A stretch of 64,000 bases of DNA from NCBI RefSeq assembly GCF_964204645.1, contig NC_134033.1:1756131-1820130 (forward strand), given 5' to 3'. Positions 11,068-21,500 of the stretch are shown piece after piece. Under the pieces are notes generated by a model. The model saw nothing but the letters and a program-made list of their open reading frames with translations, ran no database searches and had not been told where the DNA came from. The position numbers were made by a program, and so were the translations under genes. Position 1 is the first letter of the stretch, and each line of letters starts with the position of its first letter. The DNA comes from Tubulanus polymorphus. Lineage: Eukaryota; Animalia; Nemertea.

Positions 11068-12274
11068 ATGAAGTTGGCCTTGCTACTCGCAGCCCTCGTG
11101 GTCGGTATAAATGCTTACTACGGTACATACTGAATCTATAATCAGTCTTGGTCACTCTTAGACTAATGTTACAATGAACTATGATGGATACGCTACATCG
11201 ATCCGTGACATTGATCCTTTTTAAAATGTGAATGCTAAAATGTATTTTCGTTATTTTTCTACAGGCTATGGCGGAATGGGAGGTGGATATGGCGGAATGG
11301 GAATGGGAGGTGGAATGGGAGGATACGGAGTAGGAGGTGGAATGGGAGGATATGGAGTTGGAGGTGGAGGAGGATACGGAATGGGAGGTGGAATGGGAGG
11401 ATATGGAGTCGGAGGTGGAGGAGGATACGGAGTAGGAGGTGGAATGGGAGGATATGGAGTTGGAGGTGGAGGAGGATACGGAATGGGAGGTGGAATGGGA
11501 GGATATGGAGGTGGAGGAGGATACGGAATGGGAGGTGGAATGGGAGTAGGATATGGAGTCGGAGGTGGAATGGGATACGGAATGGGTGGTCAAGGTGTTG
11601 GAGCAGCCACCGGAGCCTCTGGAGCCGGTGTTGGAGGTTATGGAGTTGGAGGTGCTGGAGGAGTTGGAGGTGTTGGAGGATATGGAGGTGTAGGAGGTGG
11701 TCTAAAGGGCGGTGCTGGAGGAGGAACTTATGCGGGTCAAGGTAGTCAGGGTGGATTCAACCAAGCTAATGCTGGAGCTTATAATGGCGCTGCTGCCCAA
11801 GCACAATATGGCGGCGTTGGAAACCAAGCCCAAAACACTTTCAATCAAGGTGGTGCCACTGGCGGCCAGACTAACTTTGGAGGAGTCCAATCGCACGCTG
11901 CCCAAGCTGGAAACAGCAATAAACAAGGCTACGGCATGATGACAGGTCAAGGATCAAGCGGAGGGTTCCACAAGACTACTGATACCGGTTGGGGAAGCCA
12001 AGGATCCATCGCCACCAAAGGAGGATTCGTCGACCAAAACGCGTATGCCGCTAATAACGCTCACGGTGCCGGAGGCGGAAGCCAATCTCACGGATCTCAC
12101 GGTCACTCAGTCGGAGGCGGAAGTCAAAACAACTACGCCATGGGAGGAACCCAACAAACTCAGAACCAAGGAGGTTATACCGGAGGTCATAGCTCTGGAG
12201 GTGGCGGACAAGGTAGTGGCAGTGGTTCTGTTGGTGGTACTAACCACGGTGCCACTGGTATATACGGCCGTTAA
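11068..12274 (+). CDS. Secreted Gly/Met/Tyr-rich protein, paralogue 3 (354 aa)
   Basis: join(11068..11122,11265..12274), phase-1 intron, 1065 nt. Signal peptide MKLALLLAALVVGINA, then YYG, alternating GGGMGGYGV / GGGGGYG(M/V) repeats and the conserved domain; ends GIYGR*. Confidence 0.88.
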
Positions 12275-13623
12275 TAAGTTGTAAACAAGCGTGTAAGTAA
12301 AAATCAAAACAACACAGACCTCAAAAACCTTATCCTCATAATATCCATTATCGTTATCTACAATATACAAGTTTTTCTTATCTTATTGCGAAATTATCCA
12401 ATCGTCTAGCATCTATGGACTCTTCGAAAGCAGTCAGTTTTTTTATATTCAAATGTGGAAACAAAAACAGAAAGGAAAGGAATTTGAAACGCCTTCTCGG
12501 AAGAATGGCTGTCTGCGTAATCAAACTGTCTTTTTACTTTTCCCAAGGAGATGGGTACCTCATTAACTATATGCCTATAACATGATTGACTTGCCATTGA
12601 TTTCATACGATCAAGTCACTTCCATTTCTCGACCTCTTCCGGCAACCGCCTCGTAATTTGCGTATTCTGATGTGCCGTGTGACTGTCTCCTTTCAGGGTC
12701 AATTAACAGATGTTCTCACTCCTCTCAACACGGACGACTTTCGTCAGGTCTGTTTGCATGATGTGTAATGCAGTTTGGAAGTTTCTGTTCTCATTAAAAT
12801 GTTCGATCGCGCGCTTTCTCTAACTATGGTCAAAAATGAGTAGAATAAACTTGAACGTAACAAACACGATGTATTTCGTTATTTTACTTTACTGTTGCCA
12901 ATGACTGAGAACCTAAATCGGATGTGGCGATGTATCTGTAGGATAGTCGAGCCTCCGGAGAGGGCATTGTTTGATCTAGGTGTACCTCCTCTGAGAGCGT
13001 GACTCTATGATCTATGCACACCTTCTCTGTAGACCTGCAGTAAAACATGAAAGGCGTCGTGGGTTGGGACCTGAAAATAGCGACGAATTCAGTGATTTTC
13101 CTGATGACCATAACCAAGTTTTACTGTAGGCAGTCACTGTGGGTTCTATGCGTACTTTCTGTACTAGTTGTGAGGACCATTATGCTAACGACTTTGTTCA
13201 AACGACGATCTACACAAAAATTGAGGTTATAGTCAATGTAAGTGAACCTCCTGGAGTATCATTTATGTCGGGTAATTCTACTAAATCGTTTTCTCCCCGA
13301 GAATGACTTCATCATTAGTCAATAATCGTCATTTTATTGGAACCGGAATGAGAAATGGTTGTCAATACGTAATGTGCAAAACATAATTCAAATCGGTTTA
13401 GTTCTATTGAATTGTGGTCGTTGATGATATATAGAAATATGTCGCAACAAGTTGCCTTTCGGCGTCATTTGTTTCTGACGACTTTAAAAATCCAAAAATA
13501 TTTCCAAAAATGTAATTTTCGATCGCATTTCGGTGTTGGCACCTGCGGTTTATGTTCTGCGCTGTTTCAGAAAACGGTCACATGGTACGATATAAATTAG
13601 ACGCCATTTGGAGCTGTGTTACG

Positions 13624-13727
13624 TATAAAAAGGCCAAGCGCACATCACCAATCAGCTCAAATTCAAAACAACAGTACGATCTAAGAAAGTTCCGAGAGTC
13701 TTGTTGGTGGTTGTCTTGCTGATCAAG
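13624..13727 (+). promoter_or_regulatory. TATA box and non-coding exon 1 of Gly-rich gene 4
   Basis: TATAAAA at 13624; donor AAG|GTGAGT at 13727/13728; acceptor ttttAG at 14168, just before ATG 14170. Confidence 0.6.
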
Positions 13728-14169
13728 GTGAGTGCATCCGTTTGCAACATCAGAGATCAAGACAAGCGTTCGGTTTTTGAAAAGTTGCTTCCACACTGTA
13801 AGCAACTTCGAGCAGCTTGTCACTTAAAGCACTGAGTGAATGCAACAGAACCACGCCTTCTATCCAATTTAGCTACTGGGCAAACATTGTCTACCTCGGA
13901 AAAAAAGTCCTAGTTAAGCTCGGAAATTAAGAAAGGAAGCTAGAAAATAATTTCGTTTTTGTTCGAATTTGCCCTACCCGAGTTAGGCGATGTTTGACTG
14001 TAGCTACTGATGACGAGTTTCCAAACGCATTCAACACAACCTCGATTGTCAAAACACCAAAAGCTATTACATCCAGATAATTGGGGATGAGTTTCTTTGA
14101 ATCCTTTAGGAGCTTTCCAAATTCGTTTCATTCATCCATACATTGACTACAATCTTCATACATTTTAGG

Positions 14170-15275
14170 ATGAAGTGTCTTAGTCTTCTTCTGATAGGTG
14201 TTGTTGGTAGCGTTTCGGGTAAGTCGTACGCTTTTTCAAATTCTTGTATCGAGAACGAAGTCCTTTACATTTAGGAGGCAATGAATTCAAGGGAACAGTT
14301 TAGGTTCCGTAACCAATCTAACTTGGGACTGCAGCGCAAACACAGTATGGACGTATTGCTAGACGTAGATTAGGTCTGTCTAATATCATGTGATTCTAGA
14401 TCCTTAACCTATTGTAGGTTCCCTTTTCTGAACCCTAACATCTCAGGCTTAACATCTAAAAATGTTTTGCAATTCACTAACAAATACGTGTAGAAAGAAT
14501 TCCTATAAACCAAAGAACGTCTATGAAGGTTTTTCTGTGAGTCCCCACACGGAACCACCATTTGTTCAAATAGTGTAGGGTATCTATCTACTGCGTCAAT
14601 TTTCTGACTTTCTTTATTCAAATTTCTGTTGTAGCGTACTACGGGTATACGTATCCAACTTACGCTGGATACTACGGAAATCCTGGAAGAGGTGGTGGCG
14701 CCTACGGAGGTACTTACGGAGGTCAAGGAAGTCAAGGTGCTTACTCTAAAGGTGGCGAAGCGGGTTACAGCGACGCTGCCGCTCAAAGCCAATATGGCGG
14801 CATTGGAAATCAAGCTCAAAACACCTACAATCAAGGCGGTGCTACTGGTGCTCAGAGTAACTACGGAGGAGTCCAATCGCAAGGTGCTATGGCCGGTAAC
14901 AGCAATAAACAAGGTTTCGGCGCTATGGAAGGTCAAGGGTCGAGCGGAGGATACCACAAGACTTCTGATACCGGTTGGGGAACTCAAGGATCCATCAGCT
15001 CCGTAGGAGGCTTCATCGATCAAAACGCATATGCCGGTAACAACGCTTACGGTGCCGGAGGTGGTGGTCAATCTCACGGATCTCACGGTCACTCAGTCGG
15101 AGGTGGAAGCCAAAATAACTACGCCATGGGTGGAGTCCAACAATCCCAACAACAAGGAGGTTATGCTGGAGGCCAAAGCTCAGGAGGTGGCAGACATGGC
15201 GCGAGTAACAGTGCTAATGGTGGAGTGAATTGGGGACTTATGGGCGCTGGATTTGGCTGGCCGTATGGAAGATAA
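14170..15275 (+). CDS. Secreted Gly/Tyr/Gln/Asn-rich protein, paralogue 4 (229 aa; no long repeat block)
   Basis: join(14170..14218,14635..15275), phase-1 intron, 690 nt. Signal peptide MKCLSLLLIGVVGSVSA, then YYGYTYPTYAGYYGNPGRGGG and the conserved domain; ends GFGWPYGR*. Confidence 0.85.
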
Positions 15276-16849
15276 AAGGTTGGCAGTCCTTGATATTTTG
15301 CTAATTTCTGTTAGCCATAACTGTATGAAACACGTGTTTAAAGATAACAAATCCGACCTCAACAAACTGCTAGTTGAGCTGCAAAAATCATTTTGATATC
15401 GAAAAATTGAAGTAGAATTTTTCAATGAGTAATGATCGATTTTCAACCGCATGAAAAACAAAACTGAATGAATTATGTGCTTTGTTTTTGTTTCAGGAAA
15501 TTTAAAAAATGGATATGATTAAGAATTTTTTCTCAACATCTTTGGAAATGGTTTCATCAAAATTCGCAATTTTCTATCATTTGGATTCATATCTTATTAA
15601 TGAAATAAACAGAATCGAATTGAACATCTAAATGTTTATATATAGTTGAAATATGGATTTGATTCCTAAAGTGTTTCAGTTCGGGCTATCCAGACGACAT
15701 CTTGGACGAAAATTGGTCTTACTGCAATCCGAGTCTTTTCTGAGGCGCTAGGTCTCTGAAAACCACCACCATCTTACCGTTATCAACAACCGAACATCGG
15801 TCAGTTCGTTCGCTGTGGGGGCGAATTCAAATCTCCTTGGCGGCCATCTTGAATTGTTTTTTTATTCCTCATGCCGTAAATGAACATATTGAAACACGAA
15901 TCGATGACTCTCAAGCCGTACGATCAATGATCAGTATTTCCTCAGTTTCTCGGGATTCTTTTATACAGAAGTTTTGCAAATTCGCAAGCCGAGCTTTAAA
16001 CGAGATATAACAAATGACTGAAGCGGGAGCCATTTTGAAGAAAATAAAATCTGCTCTTTTGACGACCCATTCACGATGGTCGTGACCAAAAATATGTCTT
16101 CGCTGGTCTTACCAACGATTAGGGTGTAGCTGAATTTACAGACACAAACATTTAACTAGGTCCACCTTAACGTTGTTCTGGTACGTGCCATTCTCTCCGT
16201 CGTCCGTTCATCCTGGCAGCTGTCCAAAAGGAGACTGTTCCTATCAAACAGGCGGGGTAGATTTCCTCAGATTCCCATTATATAGCAAGACCTAGAGTTG
16301 ATATGGAATATACAATTAGTGAACTATACATCTTCTGCACTCAGTCTCACTGATGGAGACAGAATTGCCACAATCATCAACATCCAAGCTACAGTGCGAG
16401 ACTACTCACAGTTCAGGAGGTGGAAGTACTGGTAATGCAGGCGATCATAGTTCTCACGCGGCACTGCTCCAAGGTGGCCCAAAATGACTACACCCCACTG
16501 GAGCAACCTAACATAATGATACTTTTCGATACCCTTGATATCTATTCTAACTGACCCGGCCTTTGTTCGTCTCCAGACAGAGAAGACCAACAACAACCAC
16601 GACCTAATCCGTTTCTTCTTACGATAAAAACTAACCTACTTTGGGGTGTACCGGTGGTCATTATTCTTTGAGGATTCAATAAAGCATTAGACAACCACGA
16701 AACGACTTGCGTCTTAGTTCGATCGTCATGGTCTATTTGCGGCCAGGGTCCCTCTGGAAATAAGGAGTTTAATTGGAGAACATTTTTTCTAATATCGAGG
16801 AAGCGTCTGCATTATCTTCAAAATGAAATTAGAATCGAATGAAATAAAA

Positions 16850-17080
16850 GGAGTTACAAGCACCTTCAAAAGTACTTTCTGCGGACATTGAGGAGCTTCT
16901 TACACCAAATCAGATGCAGTCGACTGTGACGAGTCATACTCAAATCTTTAACCCGCCACCAGCTCTGGCAAAACTTCTCTCAAACACTAAGTCAGTCATC
17001 AATCTAACCCTAGCCCAGGACTCGAACCAACAGCCCGTAGACTACCAGCACCACACCATAACCACTAGACCACAGAACAG
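16850..17080 (-). mobile_element. Probable tRNA-derived SINE (degenerate tRNA-like head)
   Basis: Minus strand has A-box TGGTCTAGTGG (17062-17072) and B-box GGTTCGAGTCC (17018-17028) at tRNA spacing. The acceptor stem is poor, so this is not a functional tRNA. The 3' boundary is uncertain. Confidence 0.5.
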
Positions 17081-17490
17081 TAGTGATTCACCGCGTTTGG
17101 AAATTTGCCTGGTCAGTGTGTTGACCCATTGAATGCCCTCTCTAATATGTCCGCTAGTCTTTTGAATCCCTAGATTGAATGCCCTGACTTACGTTTGACC
17201 AGATACCATTTCATGGTTTGGGGTCGATCGAAACCCCTAGTCCTCTCACTATAAAGAGGACTGGTTCCTCATTTACATTAGCTAATTATCAGGAAATCAA
17301 CTCGAAGAAATCTGATTTATACAAACATGTTTTTTTTATTGAACTATAACAAATTTCATGCCGTTTTCTTTAGTGGAAATATCTTGAAACTTTACACCCT
17401 TCTGGTATTGAATATTGAATAAATAATAATATGTGCGAGTATCTGTCATCCCTTTAAAGCCATTGTCACTACTCTTCCAATTTCTTATTG

Positions 17491-17800
17491 TCCACACTCT
17501 ACATGTGTTCAGTACTTCAACCGGGACAATATTTTTGAAAATGAACTACAAACACCTGACATTAGACTTTTTATCAGCATCCTTTCAAAAACTGATCATC
17601 CACACTTCACATGTGTTCAGTGCTTCACCTGAGACAATCTTTTTGAAAATGAACTACAAACACCAGACATTAGACATTTTATCAGCACACTTTCAAAAAC
17701 TCATCATCCACACTTCACATGTGTTCAGTGCTTCACCTGAGTAAATCTTTTTGAAAATGAACTACAAACACCTGACATTAAACATTTTATCAGCACATTT
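17491..17800. repeat. 108-bp tandem repeat, ~3 copies (probable SHIP 3' UTR)
   Basis: Units start tccacact at 17491, 17599, 17707. Confidence 0.85.
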
Positions 17801-18516
17801 TTCCAGGACTGGGTTAACTTAGATGGGCCCTAAAAACCGCTAGCCATCACGCCTATTTCTCACTCTGGTGTTCTTGAGACAAGCATTCGTCAGCTGTCTA
17901 CGAAATTGCATTTGTTAATTGTTAACTCGAAAACGAACTGTTTTGGGTCAATATATGCAGTATATATAAATCTATAAAATTTCCATATAAAATATTGGAA
18001 TAATCATCATCAATATATTAGCACCAATATTATATACTCTTTCAGAAAGTATCAGGTATAGATATACAAAATATATATATATTTATGAATAATTTAATCA
18101 TGAATCTCACATGTGCATGTTTCATAATCAGTGTTGTGCTCGAAGAACGTATCACGGTGGACTTAACACAAATATAGAAACGATTTTTAGACATTTCTCA
18201 AAGCGAGCATTGCATAGGAAAATTTTTCAATGAGGGATCGAAGGGAACCCCTCGTTCTTCCAACTCTAATCCACGCGATAAACCATCATCGCTCCGATTG
18301 CCAGCCCCGCCAGAAAAACCGATCGGGTGCAAGCACAGAGTTTACTGTATCTTTTATGTCTAGTTCTTTGATGAGTCTTCAGTATCTTTAACTTATGTTG
18401 CACTGTCTAGAATAACATATCGTTTGGTTATTAAAATTCCGACTGAAACTGGGCCCGGATCGTCAAGGCGTCTAGAACAATCGGCAATTTTTTAGTTTCT
18501 GAATTTTTCTCATGTA

Positions 18517-21500
18517 TTACGTTTCGTCTGTCGATAAATCTGGCAGCGCCGACTTGCGCTGCGCCGGAGTCACCCGTCTCGGAAGAATAGGTGGCACTGT
18601 CAGTCCGTCCGGGGTCGGATTACGCGCTTTACGCGGTAACTGCGGGCAAGGACGGTTCGGCGGTGGAATTGAATTGTCGCCCGCGGATCCGCCCGCCGGG
18701 TTACCGCCGGTGAACATTGTTGTATGACGGCGACTGTCGGACGTCCTGCGGTTGCTGTCGACGCTCTGATACAGTGAATTTTCGACAGAATTCAGATTTT
18801 GGTCGTGATCGGTTTTCACGCATTCTAAAAGTAAAGAAATTGTTGTTAAAAACGCCTAGAATCCCTGACGCCTAATTTCGAAAAATATTCTTAAGGGTTT
18901 GTGTTGGCTTAATTTCTTTCTGGGGAACTGGATCCTAAGTCAAATTAAAACCACACAACTGTGGAACTGGGTTCAGAGTCAAATTTAACCCACATAACTA
19001 TGGAACTGGGTTCAGAGTCAAATTTAACCCACACAACTGTGGAACTGGGTTTAGAGTCAAATTAAACCCACACAACTGTGGAACTGGATCCAGAGTCAAA
19101 TTAAACCCACACAACTGTCGAACTGGATCCAGGGGCAACATTTAACCCATACAACTGTGAAACTGGATCCAGAGTCAAATTAAACCCACACAACTGTCGA
19201 ACTGGATCCAGAGTCAAATTAAACCCACACAACTGTGGAGCTGGATCCAGAGTCAAATTAAACCCACACAACTGTGGATCTAGATTCAGAGTCAAATTAA
19301 ATCCAAGTGTGGAACTGGATGAATACGTACCATAAATGCGTTGACTGCGTTGTTTGGTCAATAATTTGCTGCTAGCGCCCTCTATAGGAGCCGTTAGATG
19401 GATACTTCCTCGTATAACGCCCGATTCTACGGCTTGATGAGTCAATATATATTTAAACGGCTGCGGAAATGTACTGAGCACTGGTTTCAAAGCCAACACG
19501 CATTCACCTACAGAAAATAGCAGACGATCATCAAAGATCGATAAAATTCGTCCGTATGATCTGAAACTTTACACCAAATTTTACAGTCATGGAAACATGA
19601 TTGTTTAACTTGATTTATTTCAATAAATTGAGTCTCTTTTTTCTGATTCAATTTGATTAAAAGAAGTCCTTTTGGGCAATTCTTCAATACAATGGATTTA
19701 AAAGGCGATGTTTTAGTTCAGCAGCTCATTTTTGCTGGTTTGGTTAAGACCTGAGGTACGTACAACCAAAACTGACTGAGGTTTGGCATCTGACATGAAG
19801 ATTAAATAGACATTAAATCCAATGGGTCCTGGAGGAAACTGGGCCTACATCCGTTAGGTCCTAAAGGATGGACTGGGTTCTGGAGGCAACCGAAATCCAC
19901 AAAACTAACCGTACGACTCGTCCCCTTCGACCGATTTCACCATTATCAGAATATGTTGATCCTCGAGATACGACCAGTCGGCGACGATCGGCTCGAGTTG
20001 CGGCAGGAAATTACCGGACCATTTCGGACGACAGCTCGTCTCCTTCTGCTGCGCCTGCAGGAACGTCATGTTCGGTTTACTTTTAACCGGCGCTGAAATC
20101 ATACGAGGAAAAATAGAGAAATCATGAAAAAAAATGTTTGAAATAATATTGCCTGGGTTTCACAAAAAGGTTTAACCTATTCAGTGCGTCTACACCGCAG
20201 TGCAGTGTATGAATCAGTGAGGGACTTTGCTAGTACACTGCATCGTGGTGTACTGATGTTATCAGTTTCTATCTCTATTGAAAGATGGTAGCACCTGTCA
20301 AACATAGTGAAATATTACACAGCACCGTGGTGTAGTGCAATGCCTGTTATTCCACACACTGGGATGGAATTTTTTCTTTTCAATTTCAAATATCTCCAGC
20401 ACTTTCAGGTATTAATGAGTCAGCACTGAAAGCGTTAACTCTCAAATCGATTTGATTTTTAGTTTGCTATTACATACCTTCCAAACAGAGTGAATGGAAT
20501 TCTAACAGGAATGTCGATTTAGAAGTTGTTATCATCTGCAAAAACGAATGAATTACAGAAAAGATTTGAACATCGATGAAACGCTCTGAGCTCTGAGTCC
20601 GTGTTGTAAAGATACAATCCTGCACTAAGAATATGTTTCCTTCAGCTAATTCAGTTTATTCGATGTTTTGACTTTATCGTAAAAGTCATCTTCAGGAATA
20701 CCATCCTCAATATTCCCCAAGATGAATTAATCATTGAATGTACTATAGTAAACAGCATGTTTACACAAGATGCACATGTACTATAGTGCATGTTCATGTA
20801 TGTATAGTATATACATGTACATGTACTAAAGTACATATGCATGTTATATATGCTATAGCACATACGTGTACATGAACTATAACACAAGTGGATGTATATA
20901 ACATGCCCATGTACTATAGCGCATGTACATGTATGTACTATAGCATATATAACATGCACATGCACTGGAGTACAAGTACACGTAGTGCATAACATCCACA
21001 TGTATTATAGTACATGTACATGTATGTACTATAGCATGTACATGTACTATAGTACATGTACATGTGTGTACTATAGCATATATAGCATGCACATGTACTA
21101 TAGTGCGTGTACATGTATATGAAACACTAACCTCTGCGTCGATGTCGCCGAACACAATTTTCAGACCGTGACGCATTGAATCGTCTTTCTCCGACGGCGA
21201 CGTGGAGGAGACGTACTGCGTGGCGATCGCGACGTTAAAACTCGAGAAAACCGGTTTATGATCGCTGGATAGAATCTTATCGGAGCAGCCGTACGACGTG
21301 TTCACCACGTACGTATCCGGATACGACTTCCATAGAACTCGATCGCACCACGACGGTACATTGATACGCACCTTCAAATATACAAACAATAACAAGATAA
21401 TGATGGATTCCCCCTATGACATCACCATCAACGTATTAACTATTTAGCAGCAATGAATCAAGTGAACTGGTTATTTGATGGTGTTATAGGTGGATTGATG

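Noticed and set aside
4404-15228. Long alternative-frame and antisense ORFs over the Gly-rich genes (e.g. 4404-5153+, 4415-4996-, 7459-8106+, 7492-7791- poly-PPPIPY, 10985-11593-, 14409-15092-)
   Set aside because: Shadow ORFs caused by GGN-rich repetitive codons that lack stops. Only the Gly-rich frame joins the signal-peptide exons in phase.
3630-15275. Identifying the Gly-rich proteins as known families (shematrin, abductin, spidroin, keratin-associated protein) or as neuropeptide precursors
   Set aside because: The similarity is only compositional. They lack the diagnostic terminal domains as I know them and have no repeated dibasic cleavage sites.
16200-16600. Higher-complexity stretch that might be a retroelement or pseudogene fragment
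   Set aside because: The frames I translated are interrupted and I recognised no motif; it cannot be supported without a database search.
18000-18516. Possible extra SHIP exon encoding a SAM domain
   Set aside because: No SAM-like translation found; the nearest candidate acceptor implies a ~48-nt intron and a short non-conserved peptide.
20651-21131. His/Cys/Thr-rich ORFs and the extension of ORF 20877-21395
   Set aside because: Products of the TACATG simple repeat in a SHIP intron; the real exon ends at 21132.
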